DNA of 64,000 nucleotides from an uncultured Nitrososphaeraceae archaeon (GCA_963729045.1 CAVSMN010000014.1:32001-96000), one strand, 5' to 3'; numbered from the stretch's first letter, positions 31,827 through 43,400 are shown. A program made the numbers and translations. The notes: generated by a model from the letters alone, not told the origin.

Positions 31827-33606
31827 CTACTTTTTCAACATTGAGTAGTCATGAATCTTGATTGCTTCGGATATTAGCTTATTTTGAATTTCTAGAATGT
31901 CCTTTGCCTCTGGATACTTTGATCCAACCACCACCTCTGCAACAATATTTGTTATGTGTCTGAATAGGAATTCATCTCCTCTTTGAGCCTCTACCTTATA
32001 GGTGGAATGAGCCTTATTTACAAAGACAATATTTTCATTTGTAAAACTGTATCTCGGATCAGTTTCATCCTCGTAGGGGATCACCTTGTATCCTATTTTT
32101 TTTAGCGTGAAAGTTTTTTTGAGAATAGGCTTTCTAACCGTTTTTCTAATCATCCCGTTGTTGCCAGTAGCGAGGTTGTCGTTGTAATTATTATTTGAAA
32201 TCTGTGTTAAAGAAGCACTCTCTCTGTTGGTAGAATCGTTAAGAGCAAATTCATTTGCTGAATTTGAGATTTCAGAATTGTTTAAAATTTTGTCTCTATT
32301 GTCTGTATAATTGTCTGATGAAGAGGTTTTTGTAGCTTTCTTTGCATTCAAATCATCAAAATTTGAATCGGAATTTCGTTTGCTGTTTTCATCACCGATA
32401 TCTAAATCATTGTTCCCATCTACCTGTGTTAAGGTAAAAGATACATTATCGTTTTTATTATTTTCATAACCTTGAATTGAATTTGAATCGCCTGTCAGAC
32501 TATCTTTTGTGTGACTCGAGCCATCTGTTCCGTTCTCGCCAGCTGGGGATGAAACCTCGACCGATTCGAATCCTTGAATTTCTTCTACTGGTTCAAGGGT
32601 TTCCAAAACAGCTTGACCCATGACTTTATCTATTTCCTTATAAATTTTTGATTCTTCCCTTGTAATGAGAACGTCTTCATATTCTGTTAGGCTCGGAAGC
32701 ACTTGATCAATTATGAATGTTTTTACATTTTGATTGAAAGCGTTATAGGTATCATTCTCAATCAAAGCCGATTTATCTGCAAACCTGGATGTAAGTTCGT
32801 CGCATTTTACATATCCTGTAACTCGGCTCAGCTTGTTGTCAAATCCAAATGTGCTCCTCAAAACCACGTGATTACCTACCATTATTGCTATTCCTTTCTC
32901 ATCTTGCCCCAAAGGCCTTCTCGCAATGGTTATTTCACCGGTGGTTCTTGGATTATCTAAATTTACTTCTAACTTGTAACCTTGAATATCTGGCGAGTGT
33001 ATTACTTGGGAATTAGACATATCCCATTCTTTAATATTGTTAGCAGATTTGATATACACCTCAAAGAGTGGATATTTTAGAATAGAGAGTTTCTTAATCT
33101 CTTTGGAAAGTTTGTTTATGTCAATGCTAATTTTAGATCCTATCAACAATATTTCAGTACCATTTCTGCTGAGTTTCGGTTCTTTTATCTCACGTAATTT
33201 TGCTCTTCCAGTAATAAGCTCTTCTAATGTATTCCCATCAATAGCTAATGGTTTTGCTAAAATCGTCCAGCCGAGTTTTGATTTTCATTTGATTAAACGA
33301 AGTCAAAAAGGATAATCGTCCAGTACCATATCTTCCCGTTCTTAACCTTTTCAATTTTGGTGAAAGAGTTTCTTCAGCTTTATGGGGTGAGCCTAATATC
33401 AAAAACTTGTCCATTGAATTGGAGTTCATCCCTGCGTTATCTTCAATTACCACGTTGCCGTTTTCTAATACTGTTACGAGAACATTCGTTGCATCCTCGT
33501 CAAAGGCGTTTTCAATTAGTTCTCTCACTATTTCGTAGGGAGATATCCACGTTTTCGTGGCAAACTCTCTAAAAAATGATGGATGAACCTTTAATTCCAT
33601 AGTCAA
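31827..33606 (-). CDS. GHKL (MORC/HATPase_c-like) ATPase with low-complexity insert (frameshift at ~33247)
   Basis: RELIENAFDE, EDNAGM and GRYGTGRLS Bergerat-fold motifs; removing one A joins the two ORFs. Confidence 0.85.
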
Positions 33607-33701
33607 TATATTTTAGTTTTTAGGAGAAGATTATTTAAATAAATATTAAAAATTAGTTGACTAAATTCCTAATTTTTTTTCACAAGCTCAGGGCTGTGAT
33701 T

Positions 33702-33899
33702 CTATGTTGATACAGTGTGGGTAAAGCCAAGTATTATGGCCTTCGGAATTAAATCTACTAAACCTAACGTTATTTTAGGCGGATGAGTTTCGATGAATGG
33801 ATGTACCGTCGTATAATAAATTAACAAAACTGGAACTGCAGCGCATCCTGCTATAGTTAAAAGGATTAGCCAAGTAGCTGTCATCTTTCCCGTAAGCAT
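33702..33899 (-). CDS. Small membrane protein
   Basis: Hydrophobic 65-aa ORF with a TATA-like TTTATATA about 25 nt upstream. Confidence 0.45.
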   Translation of the reverse strand: MLTGKMTATWLILLTIAGCAAVPVLLIYYTTVHPFIETHPPKITLGLVDLIPKAIILGFTHTVST

Positions 33900-33961
33900 G
33901 TCATTTTAAAAATGGTTTGGATATATAAAGATAAAGCTCTCATACGTCATATTATTTAATC

Positions 33962-34453
33962 TCATAATCGAAAGGAAATTTCCTTAAAAGCATTCCAGAA
34001 TTTATCACCGACATAGTGCAGATTATTTATAATCTGTCCCTTTTGTAATTCTTTGGCGTTAATGCTGTCCTCAAGTGCTATACCGACAGATAAATATTTT
34101 CCATATTTTTCCTCCTTTGCTACAACTATGTCATTTTTCTTGAATTGACTAAACTCTACAATACCTGGACGCAATATCTTTGCTCCATTACATATGAACT
34201 TTATAGAACCCGAGTCCACAATTATCGAAGGGAATTTTTCCAGGACTTCGGTTCTGCCCAAAAAAGGCAGTATAATCTCCTCAGAAATGAAAACTGCAAC
34301 AAGGGAATCGATAACCAAGATACTCTTATTCTCTTCAATTTCAAAAACTTTAATATTCTTAGTTTTGGGAATCGATATCTTCTCCTCCCAGCCATTGACT
34401 ATTGTTTTGAGTATTTTCTCCGTATCTTTCTTGGAGATCACATACGTCTTCAA
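33962..34453 (-). CDS. PUA-domain RNA-binding protein (MCT-1/Tma20-like)
   Basis: VDSGSIKFICNGAKILRPGI and NLHYVGDKFW motifs. Confidence 0.9.
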   Translation of the reverse strand: MKTYVISKKDTEKILKTIVNGWEEKISIPKTKNIKVFEIEENKSILVIDSLVAVFISEEIILPFLGRTEVLEKFPSIIVDSGSIKFICNGAKILRPGIVEFSQFKKNDIVVAKEEKYGKYLSVGIALEDSINAKELQKGQIINNLHYVGDKFWNAFKEISFRL

Positions 34454-34683
34454 ACAGCTTATTCAATTCGTCATAGATAATAAAGATGTATAATTATTGA
34501 TCATCTAATAGTGATTATTGGTTATTGCTTATTATAGCTCATGCAGATATCGACATATTTAGCGAATCTAAAATCAAAAATCTTGTAGTCTATGTGTCTC
34601 TTTTTTTATACACTTTATCTTAATCCTCAAATTGGAAAAAAAATTTTTATAAATAATTAGACCATACATTAAATCTAATTGAG

Positions 34684-34974
34684 ATGAGTGAATCGCCCGA
34701 TACGAAATATGAGGTTCCAATAAAGCAAGTGGAAAAAACATTGAAAATAAGTGATAGAGCCAAAGCTGAGTTAAAAAGCTCAGGGATGATGGATGATAAA
34801 GGTAAACTAAAACTAAAGGGTGTCAGTCCAAAAATGTTAAAGAGAATGAAGTTAGAATCTATAGATTGTCCTGTGTTCAAACAGGAACTTGGCTTTGTAG
34901 AATGCTACGTTTGTAGCAATTTTCATAGTAGAATTAGTGGTGTGGTTTATTGCAAGGGTGACCCTTTAGAGTAG
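34684..34974 (+). CDS. Hypothetical protein with four Cys
   Basis: IDCP..ECYVC..YCKG in a 96-aa ORF. Confidence 0.7.
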   Translation: MSESPDTKYEVPIKQVEKTLKISDRAKAELKSSGMMDDKGKLKLKGVSPKMLKRMKLESIDCPVFKQELGFVECYVCSNFHSRISGVVYCKGDPLE

Positions 34975-35053
34975 TCTAGTTATTTCTTTTTATTGCGCCG
35001 GTAATAACAGCATAAGCTTCATAAATAGAAATCCATAGCTATCTTTTGATTAA

Positions 35054-36538
35054 TTGGACCAGAAAATCAGTAAGGAATTCGGTATTAGTGTGAAAAAAGA
35101 TGAAAACTTTAGCGAGTGGTATTCTCAAATAATTGAAAAAACAGGGTTGGCGGATTATATATCTGCAAAAGGTTTCATTGTCCTGCGGCCATATGGTTTT
35201 GCTATCTGGGACCTCATCAAGACCTATTTAGATCAGAAATTCAAAGAGACAGGACACCTAAACGGATTCTTACCTTGCTTGATACCTGAAAGTCTGTTGA
35301 ACAAGGAGGAAAAACATTTCAAGGGATTTAATCCAGAGGTCTTTTGGGTAACGTCGTCTGGTGATTCTTTGTTGAATGAAAAATTAGCGTTGAGGCCCAC
35401 CTCTGAGGCTCTACTTTATTCAATATTTCCGAAATGGATATCCAGTTATCGAGATCTTCCACTTAAAATGAATTTTTGGAACACCGCTTTGAGGGCTGAG
35501 ATAAAGTCAACAAAACCCTTCATACGAAATTCGGAATTCTTATGGCAAGAGGGTCATACAGCTCACGCCGACAAAAAAGAGGCAGAGGACGAAGTAATGA
35601 CAATTTTGCATCTCTACAAACACTTTATTGAAAAAGTCCTTTTAATTCCTACGATATCTGGCTATAAAAGCAACAAAGAGAAATTTGTTGGCGCAGATTA
35701 TACTACTGCATTGGAGGGGATGATGCCTGATGGAAAAGCACTACAACTTGGTACTTCCCATAACTTGGGTTTTAATTTTTCACAACCATTTGAAATTAAA
35801 TTTTTGAACAAAAACAATAATGAAGATTTTGTTTGCCAAACTTCTTGGGGGATATCTTGGAGATTGATTGGAGCGTTAATAATGGTTCATGGAGATGACA
35901 AAGGTTTGATATTACCTCCAATCGTTGCCCCAATCCAAATTATTATTATTCCAATTTACAAAAATGTAAATGAACATTTAGTTAAAGACCATGCTAATAG
36001 ACTAAAAGATAGTTTGGTAGCTTTAGGCTATAGGGTTTTTGTAGATGAAAGAGATGAGTTTACCGCTGGATGGAAATATAATGAATGGGAAATGAAAGGG
36101 GTCCCTGTCCGAATAAATATTGGACAGAGAGATATTGAAAGAAATAATGTAGAGGTAGTGAGAAGAGATAATAGACAAAAAAGTATTGTCCCTATGGAGA
36201 ATTTGAGTAAAGAAATCGAGAAAATTTTTCAAAGTTTGCAATCTGATTTGTACTGCAAAGCCGAAACATATCTTAAAGAGAAAACAAAAATCATAACAAA
36301 TTTTGACGATTTCAAGAGGAATTTGGATTGTTATTCAGGCTTTATGGTGACAGGTTGGTGTGGTAATGAAGACTGTGAAGTCAGAGTAAAGGAGGATACT
36401 GGAGCAGACATTAGGGTAATCCCGTTTGATTCAAAAGACCTCCCAACCGAACTCAATACGACATATGACGTAATTAAGGATTGTATTTATTGCGGAAAAA
36501 AGGCAAATAAGACAGTTATCTTTGCAAAAGCATATTGA
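35054..36538 (+). CDS. proS: Proline--tRNA ligase, archaeal/eukaryotic type
   Basis: LRPTSE, EFLWQEGHT, ALQLGTSH, TSWGISWRLIG and C-terminal FAKAY. Confidence 0.97.
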   Translation: MDQKISKEFGISVKKDENFSEWYSQIIEKTGLADYISAKGFIVLRPYGFAIWDLIKTYLDQKFKETGHLNGFLPCLIPESLLNKEEKHFKGFNPEVFWVTSSGDSLLNEKLALRPTSEALLYSIFPKWISSYRDLPLKMNFWNTALRAEIKSTKPFIRNSEFLWQEGHTAHADKKEAEDEVMTILHLYKHFIEKVLLIPTISGYKSNKEKFVGADYTTALEGMMPDGKALQLGTSHNLGFNFSQPFEIKFLNKNNNEDFVCQTSWGISWRLIGALIMVHGDDKGLILPPIVAPIQIIIIPIYKNVNEHLVKDHANRLKDSLVALGYRVFVDERDEFTAGWKYNEWEMKGVPVRINIGQRDIERNNVEVVRRDNRQKSIVPMENLSKEIEKIFQSLQSDLYCKAETYLKEKTKIITNFDDFKRNLDCYSGFMVTGWCGNEDCEVRVKEDTGADIRVIPFDSKDLPTELNTTYDVIKDCIYCGKKANKTVIFAKAY

Positions 36539-36644
36539 TAAAATACTTTTATTTTGAATTACTCAACGGGGATGAAATAAGAGATAATTAAAATTTAAAC
36601 AGAATGTTTATGTAAGGTTTAAAATCCAAATTATTTATTACAAG

Positions 36645-37265
36645 TTGTCAAAAAAGAACAAGGATAACAAGAGGAAAGATATAAAGATAATCATAATCAT
36701 TGTTGTAGTATTTGCTATAGCATTTATTTCTATTAGGACTCTATTGGCCGACTCTAATCCGTTTTATGTAGTGGCAAGTGGTAGCATGATCCCTGTACTC
36801 AACATAAATGATTTGATAATAGTTTGGGAAAAGGACAATAGCACTTTTGCTAATGCGAACATAGGTGATATCATCGTTTTTAAAGCCCCGGATCCAGCGG
36901 AAGAAAATAAGACCATTGTGCACCGGGTATCAGCCATCATTGAGAAAGGGAATAATTTGACAGGAAACGTGATCCTTTGTGCTCCTATTGCCATAAATGA
37001 AGTCATACAGGAAAAAACAATTTTGACAAAAGGAGATGCAAACGAATGTTCCATTCCTGGAATAGATTTTCCGATAACAAAGGAGAACTATGTAGGGAAA
37101 GTTATCTATACAATCCCACAGGTGGGTATCATACCTCAGGTTTTGAAACCCCCTGTAAACTATATTATAATGGCTATAATTGCTGGATTATTGATATATT
37201 CATTCATTCGTGGAGGTAAAAAGGATAAACAGGAAGAGGAGAAAGAAAAATTAAAAGATGAGTGA
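36645..37265 (+). CDS. Signal peptidase I, archaeal Sec11 type
   Basis: VVASGSMIP, GDIIVF, IVHRV and TKGDAN motifs. Confidence 0.93.
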   Translation: MSKKNKDNKRKDIKIIIIIVVVFAIAFISIRTLLADSNPFYVVASGSMIPVLNINDLIIVWEKDNSTFANANIGDIIVFKAPDPAEENKTIVHRVSAIIEKGNNLTGNVILCAPIAINEVIQEKTILTKGDANECSIPGIDFPITKENYVGKVIYTIPQVGIIPQVLKPPVNYIIMAIIAGLLIYSFIRGGKKDKQEEEKEKLKDE

Positions 37266-37788
37266 ATCCCGTGCGATACCTTTAGAATTGGCTGTACTAA
37301 TGTATAGGCAGGATGATCCAAACAAGTGTACAGCATCACGACTTGTTAAATTTAAGATGGTTAAGGAAGTAAGGAGGGTTCCTACCACATTTTTGGTACT
37401 CAACCCTTTCGCTGAAAAAATGGTTATCCCTAATGATATGAAAAAATTTAGAGGCATTTGCGCTATTGATTGCTCTTGGAAATTAGCACCTCAGGTAATT
37501 AATACGTCAAAAAAATTCTTTAATAATAGAAAGCTTCCTGCTTTATTGGCCGGAAATCCTACCAATTATGCCAAATTAGGAATGCTTTCAACAGTTGAAG
37601 CCATATCCGCAGCATTGTATATTTTGAATTACAAAGAAATGTCTAGAGAAATTTTAAATAAATTTAAGTGGGGGCATACATTTTTGGATTTAAACTCCGA
37701 AATCTTGGAGGATTATTCTCATGCACTAGGACAAGATGAGATCATAACGATAGAAAAGGATTACTTTCCACACATTTTCAACTCCTAA
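37258..37788 (+). CDS. tsr3: 16S rRNA aminocarboxypropyltransferase
   Basis: QDDPNKCT, IDCSW, RKLPALLAGNPTNY, LSTVEA and FKWGHTF motifs. Confidence 0.92.
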   Translation: MSESRAIPLELAVLMYRQDDPNKCTASRLVKFKMVKEVRRVPTTFLVLNPFAEKMVIPNDMKKFRGICAIDCSWKLAPQVINTSKKFFNNRKLPALLAGNPTNYAKLGMLSTVEAISAALYILNYKEMSREILNKFKWGHTFLDLNSEILEDYSHALGQDEIITIEKDYFPHIFNS

Positions 37789-38000
37789 CAACAAATTCTA
37801 CGAAAAGTACTGCATTAAAAATCAAATTACACTGGAAGGATAATTTCGTTAATACAAGTTAATTGATATATTCAAAAATATTTCAATATCAATCTTTTTG
37901 GACTTGGAAAAGAGTATTAATTATATCTTCAACTAGAAAGAATATTCAAAAAACGACTAGTAAATGAGAAAGTTAATAACTTTAGAGTTTCATTTTTACT

Positions 38001-38297
38001 TGTGAGCTAGCGAGCAAGTTACTTCTAGCAATATATAACGAAGAGGAAACTCCTCCCTCACTACGGGCACCTGAATTAGCGATAATTAGAAGGAGACTTC
38101 TGGCAACGAAATAGAAAAGGATCCAGTTGAGATCAAAGGCAATGATGATTAATAATCTGAGTGATTTCAACCTTGGAGTGAAACTGTCGACCTAGGTGGA
38201 GAAAGGCCAAACAGAGTTAGGAACCCGTACATACACTCAGGTAGGCTGCTTAGCTAAATCTTGCTTAAAACAAAAGGAGGGTTACTACTAGGACACA
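38001..38297 (+). ncRNA. rnpB: RNase P RNA
   Basis: P4 halves GAGGAAACTCC (38043-38053) and AACAAAAGGAGGGTTACTA (38269-38287); P2 GAGCAAG/CTTGCTT; about 290 nt. Ends are approximate. Confidence 0.9.
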
Positions 38298-38302
38298 CGA
38301 TG

Positions 38303-38341
38303 TGGGATTCATAAGGGAAACTTTTCCATTTTGAATCCCAT
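38303..38341 (+). terminator. Hairpin immediately 3' of rnpB
   Basis: Perfect TGGGATTCA/TGAATCCCA inverted repeat. Confidence 0.45.
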
Positions 38342-38413
38342 ACTATTTATCTTCGAATAAACTTCGAAAATCTATTAATTCTAATTGTCACTACTGATAA
38401 ATTGTAGTATAGA

Positions 38414-39550
38414 ATGGATGATAATTTAGACTGTCCAGTGCTCCTAACGGGTAACGATCATTCGAGGTTCCTATCAAAAAGATATGGATATAAAGAGTGG
38501 ATGATATCTAGATTTCTAAATTTTATTCCTTATCCTGAAAAGATGCTAGATTATATCCATAATAGTAAAAACTTGCATTATTATATAAGAGTAAATACGC
38601 TAAGAACTAATCCACAAGAACTAAAAAGGCGACTCAATGAGAAGGGCTATCACTTAAGCGAAACAATTCTAAAAGAAGTATTTGAGATAAAGAACCCTGG
38701 GTTCGGGGGTATTCAAATTAAGGACGCTGGGATTACAATTGATAATAAAAATAGTGATGATAACCATGACAATAAGGACGCTGTTACCATGCAAAAAGAT
38801 TATGATTTGCAGTCTAGCAAAGATAGTGACCTTAGGTCCAAACAGCCTAGTATAGGTTCAACGATTGAATATTTGAAAGGATACTATTACATTCAGGATT
38901 TGAGCTCGTGCATTGCAGTAGAGGAATTAGAAATTCATGCTGGATCCGATTTGGTTGTATTAGATATGGCTGCGGCACCTGGGGGCAAGACAACTCATAT
39001 CGCTCAAAAACTAAATAATAAGGGAGCAATTTTCGCATGCGAATTAAACTCTAACAGACTTGCACCTCTACTTTTTAACTTGTCACGTTGTTTTGTGCAA
39101 AATACAATAGTGCTTAATATTAATGCAGAAGAGATAAACGAACTTGAATTACATTTTGATAGGGTACTGCTTGATGCTCCTTGTACCTGTGAAGGGGTTA
39201 TTATGAAAGACAATTCTAGAAAGAAAAGTCGTAATTTAGTAGATTTGGAAACCTGCAGTAACAGGCAGAAAAAAATGATAGTATCTGGTTTTAATGTTTT
39301 GAAACCAAACGGACTTTTGATATATTGCACTTGTTCCTTTGCCCCAGAAGAAAATGAGATGATAATACAACATCTCCTAAACAATCACAAAAATGCAATA
39401 CTCGAGCCATTAAATTATGGAATGAATGGTTTGACAAACTTTTCAAAGTACCAATTCGACGAGAAAATGGTATTTACCAAAAGGTTCTATCCTCATATCC
39501 ATTCAACCAACGGATTTTTTATAGCAAAAATAAGGAAGAAACCGAACTAA
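38414..39550 (+). CDS. RsmB/NOP2 family RNA m5C methyltransferase
   Basis: YYIQDLSS, VLDMAAAPGGKT, LLDAPCT and YCTCSFAPEENE motifs. Confidence 0.95.
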   Translation: MDDNLDCPVLLTGNDHSRFLSKRYGYKEWMISRFLNFIPYPEKMLDYIHNSKNLHYYIRVNTLRTNPQELKRRLNEKGYHLSETILKEVFEIKNPGFGGIQIKDAGITIDNKNSDDNHDNKDAVTMQKDYDLQSSKDSDLRSKQPSIGSTIEYLKGYYYIQDLSSCIAVEELEIHAGSDLVVLDMAAAPGGKTTHIAQKLNNKGAIFACELNSNRLAPLLFNLSRCFVQNTIVLNINAEEINELELHFDRVLLDAPCTCEGVIMKDNSRKKSRNLVDLETCSNRQKKMIVSGFNVLKPNGLLIYCTCSFAPEENEMIIQHLLNNHKNAILEPLNYGMNGLTNFSKYQFDEKMVFTKRFYPHIHSTNGFFIAKIRKKPN

Positions 39551-39551
39551 A

Positions 39552-40328
39552 ATGACTTTTAGAAATTTGACTAATGTTGAAGAAACGATTTTAAAAAGAT
39601 CCTTTAATAATTGGGGAATTTTTGAAATTTTTGGAACACTAAGAATATTAATCCGAACCTTGACTTTAGATACCGCTATTAGTGATCAAAAGACAAACAT
39701 TTCAAAACATGATGCCATCCCAAACAAAATTCTGCGTAACCATTCAAGTGGTAATAGTAGTAATGCAGTTGGAAAATATAACGACAATAATCAGGGACGA
39801 ATTCATGCCTTAGCATTAGGGTACTCAAATGGTATTGAATTCGCTGAGTCGGAAATAAAAATAAAGAGAACCGAAGAAGTTTTCGTTCATTCCAACGTTA
39901 AATATAACGATATGCTGTTTAAAAAATTAATTCCTATTAGTATCGGTATGAAAATCGGTACTATTAAGAACAAGAAATTTTCTCCCGGATTAAATTTTGC
40001 CGAATTCGTAGTCAAACACAACAAAAATATGGATTATCCTCATGTTATCATCAATACTAAGGCTGAAAATCTAATAGTTTTTGGTAGGGACATAATGGGA
40101 AGTTCAATTCTTTCGTTTTTCAAAGATATAAAAGAAAATCAACAAGTTATAATATTAAACCATAATAAGGAGGTTATTGGATTCGGTAAATCTAGATATT
40201 CGGGGAGCTTGATTATTCAACCTAATATAATAACGATAGATACTACTCAGGATATTGGTACATACTATCTAAAAAGTGAAAATAGACTATCTAAATCTGT
40301 TGACAAAAATATAGACCATTTACTATAA
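39552..40328 (+). CDS. NIP7-like PUA-domain ribosome biogenesis protein
   Basis: AENLIVFGRDI...DIGTYYL; coupled to the NOP2-like gene. Confidence 0.7.
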   Translation: MTFRNLTNVEETILKRSFNNWGIFEIFGTLRILIRTLTLDTAISDQKTNISKHDAIPNKILRNHSSGNSSNAVGKYNDNNQGRIHALALGYSNGIEFAESEIKIKRTEEVFVHSNVKYNDMLFKKLIPISIGMKIGTIKNKKFSPGLNFAEFVVKHNKNMDYPHVIINTKAENLIVFGRDIMGSSILSFFKDIKENQQVIILNHNKEVIGFGKSRYSGSLIIQPNIITIDTTQDIGTYYLKSENRLSKSVDKNIDHLL

Positions 40329-40363
40329 ATACAAACAACAAAAAAATTATTAAATTCTATTGA

Positions 40364-41419
40364 TTATTTCCTTGCTTTTACTAGTACTAGGACTGCCACT
40401 CCTGCCATCATCGCTCCAAATATCAATATGACTTGTAAGGGAAAGCTACCCGAAGATGTAGCCACACCTTTGGGTGCTACGGATGATACAAGGAGATATT
40501 CTTTATCTCCTGATTGTTGAACTTGAGCGAATCCACCTATCTGCATTTGTCCACTTACAGGGGCTGTTAAACCATCAACTTCAACATTTACTCCATCAAT
40601 ATCGGCTGAAGCAGAAGTTTCCTTAACTGTGTGTGTTCCTTCTCTGAAACTGCTCTCACCCAAAGAATATATCGAAACTATCTTTGATCCTCCCTCAGTG
40701 ACAGAAAACCCAAAGTTCGCTGCACCTGCTTGAGCACCAGTTGCGTCAAACAAAAAGTGCCAGTTATTCATTGTCACCCCAAAATCTGCAAAATCTAAAA
40801 TAGGGGTTTCAAATGCAGGAGATAGAGTTGTATTTTGAATTTTAGTAGCTACCTCTGGAGCTAGTTTTTCCAAACCTCCTATAGGATGATTAATGTCAAT
40901 CTGACCATATTCTTCAGTATTTACTATCAATGGCTCTTCTAATGCAATACTTCTCCAATCTACATCCAAAATAGATGAAGTAGATCCGTTTGATCCAGTT
41001 ACAAGATTAGTAATAATTGGATGCAATTCCACCTGGTACGAAACAGTTGAAGTTGTGGGTCCTCCATTTAGGGTTGCTTTATAATCTAGTGTGGCGTTTT
41101 CAAATTTTACCAAACTTTGTTTTTGAGAAAGTAATTGATTGTTTATTTTATCCAAAATCTCAGATACACCATTACCACTATCTGAAGAATTCAATGAAAA
41201 TGAGATTGATGTTTTATTTCCATCTAAGATTTGTGACATAGTGCTATTAGCGGGATACTTTAAAGTAAGAATTCTATCACCTGTAAAGGAAGCGTCCGCC
41301 GTATTTAATGCAGGTGAGACTCCTGATTCCATTTGTATAGCAAAGCTTTGATTAATAATCCCGCTAAAAAAAACAACAGCCAATAATACTATTACATAAT
41401 CTAAAGACCTTAATTTCAA
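40364..41419 (-). CDS. Exported protein with C-terminal membrane anchor
   Basis: Signal peptide, S/T/N-rich body, and a C-terminal TM helix followed by KARK. Confidence 0.75.
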   Translation of the reverse strand: MKLRSLDYVIVLLAVVFFSGIINQSFAIQMESGVSPALNTADASFTGDRILTLKYPANSTMSQILDGNKTSISFSLNSSDSGNGVSEILDKINNQLLSQKQSLVKFENATLDYKATLNGGPTTSTVSYQVELHPIITNLVTGSNGSTSSILDVDWRSIALEEPLIVNTEEYGQIDINHPIGGLEKLAPEVATKIQNTTLSPAFETPILDFADFGVTMNNWHFLFDATGAQAGAANFGFSVTEGGSKIVSIYSLGESSFREGTHTVKETSASADIDGVNVEVDGLTAPVSGQMQIGGFAQVQQSGDKEYLLVSSVAPKGVATSSGSFPLQVILIFGAMMAGVAVLVLVKARK

Positions 41420-41606
41420 TATTTTTGAATTCCATTTTCCTTGTTTATAAGCTTATTGAAATATCTTTACTTGAGGTGAATTCAAATTGAATACTGCATA
41501 TTTAGAATTAAAAATTATATTTTATCTAGTCTAAAAGTAAAAAAATCATAACATAACAAACAGAAAAAAACAAAGAATAAAAAAAGAAAAAAATAGAACT
41601 GTAATA

Positions 41607-42533
41607 TTGATTACCATTTTAGCTGGGGGAACCGGTTCTGTTAAATTAGTTAGAGGAATGTATAAGGAATCAGAAAACATTACAATTATTTCAAATGTCG
41701 CAGATAACTTTTGGCATTATGGGCTCTACATTTGTCCCGATATCGATACGATCATCTATGGACTCAGTAATAATTTGGACAAAAAGAAGGGCTGGGGGGT
41801 AAAAAGAGATTCATTTAATTTCTTAAAATATATGAATACTCTTGGAACTGAAACATGGTTTAACCTCGGAGATAAAGATTTGACAACCCATGTTTTGAGA
41901 ACGCAGCTATTAAAAGAGGGGCGGAGTTTAACTGAAATCACCAAATTCTTTACTGACAAATATGGTCTATCACTACTAGTAGCTCCTGCCTCTGATACTC
42001 ATTATGAATCAAACATGGTGGTTGAAGGCAACAAACGAATTCATTTACAAGAATACTGGATAAAATACAAAGGTTCGGTGCCGGTGCATGACATTATTTA
42101 CAATAACATTGAAAAAGCCAGGGTTACTTTACAAGCTCAAAAAACACTTGAAGAATCAAGATTAATCTTATTTGCTCCCGGAAATCCGATCACCAGCATT
42201 GGGCCAATAATAAGCATACCTGGTATGAAAAACCTTTTGAAGAAGTTAAAAAATAAAATTGTTATGATTTCTCCCCTTATCTCTAATAGAGCAGTCAGTG
42301 GCCCATGTGAAATTTATATGAAGGCGAAGAATATCTCTCCTAATTTGAGGGGGTTAATTGACTTTTATTCAGAAATTGCTAATACAATGATCTTCGATAA
42401 ACTTGATGAATCTGAAATTGAAAATAAACTAAAAAACGATTATCCTGAAATAAACTTTTGTTATTCTGACATCCTTATGACGAATTTAAGAAAAGAAACA
42501 TCACTGGCGCGGTATATAATTTCTAATTTTTAA
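41607..42533 (+). CDS. cofD: 2-phospho-L-lactate transferase (F420 biosynthesis)
   Basis: LAGGTGSVKL, GLYICPDIDT, WFNLGDKD and PGNPITSIGPI motifs. Confidence 0.95.
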   Translation: MITILAGGTGSVKLVRGMYKESENITIISNVADNFWHYGLYICPDIDTIIYGLSNNLDKKKGWGVKRDSFNFLKYMNTLGTETWFNLGDKDLTTHVLRTQLLKEGRSLTEITKFFTDKYGLSLLVAPASDTHYESNMVVEGNKRIHLQEYWIKYKGSVPVHDIIYNNIEKARVTLQAQKTLEESRLILFAPGNPITSIGPIISIPGMKNLLKKLKNKIVMISPLISNRAVSGPCEIYMKAKNISPNLRGLIDFYSEIANTMIFDKLDESEIENKLKNDYPEINFCYSDILMTNLRKETSLARYIISNF

Positions 42534-42553
42534 GAATAGACTAGGGTTATTTT

Positions 42554-43279
42554 TTGAGCAACACAAGAACTGCAATAATTATTCCGATAAAAAGATTTGA
42601 AAAGAGTAAGACACGGTTGAGCGGATTTCTTAGCCAAGAACAAAGAGCCTGGCTTTGTAATCTTATGGTAAATGATTTGATTGAAAAAATGTCCGAGTTA
42701 GAAGAATGTAATATGATTTTGGTTACAAATGAAATTATTAAGATACCGGCGAAATCAAGAGAAAAAGCAGTAGTGTTATCTGAAGGTCGGAGCAACGGAG
42801 TAAATGATGCTGTTAAAATTGCAGATTATTATATAAAGAAAAACAAATTTGATAGCTCGATTGTGATCCCAATAGATATACCACTGCTAACGCTAAAAGA
42901 AATAAGAGAGATCATTTCTTTCGCACATGACTTTAAAGAAATTATTAGTATGGTTCCTTCAAATAGATTCGATGGAACCAACATATTGTTGAGAAAACCG
43001 CATTCGATAATAGATACGAGCTTTGATAATAACAGTTTTTTCAACCATTTTAGAAAAGCTCTAGATAATGGAGTCTCGCTGAAAATATTTTACCACGAGA
43101 ATTTGAAGCTGGATATAGATACTATCGATGATGTGATGCTGGCTTTGAAAAAATATCATCTAGCTAAATCTACTATCGAAATGAGAGCCTCAGAACAAAA
43201 AGAAGTGCACAAGGATGAAAATAAATCGATAGAATATCTATTGAAAGTATTTCAGAACAGGGATGAACTTGGTTATTAA
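42554..43279 (+). CDS. cofC: 2-phospho-L-lactate guanylyltransferase
   Basis: IPIKRFEKSKTRL, DIPLL, DGTNILL and DIDTIDD motifs; adjacent to cofD. Confidence 0.92.
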   Translation: MSNTRTAIIIPIKRFEKSKTRLSGFLSQEQRAWLCNLMVNDLIEKMSELEECNMILVTNEIIKIPAKSREKAVVLSEGRSNGVNDAVKIADYYIKKNKFDSSIVIPIDIPLLTLKEIREIISFAHDFKEIISMVPSNRFDGTNILLRKPHSIIDTSFDNNSFFNHFRKALDNGVSLKIFYHENLKLDIDTIDDVMLALKKYHLAKSTIEMRASEQKEVHKDENKSIEYLLKVFQNRDELGY

Positions 43280-43400
43280 GTACTATGGGTTTCAATTTAG
43301 CACTTTGTAATATTGTGCTTTAAGAAAAATGTAAGTAGTTAGACAGGAAAAATTCTTTCATTCAAGATATTTATTGGTAGTATAACAATAATTAACGTAC

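Noticed and set aside
37982..38170. 62-aa minus-strand ORF
   Set aside because: Lies antisense to the RNase P RNA.
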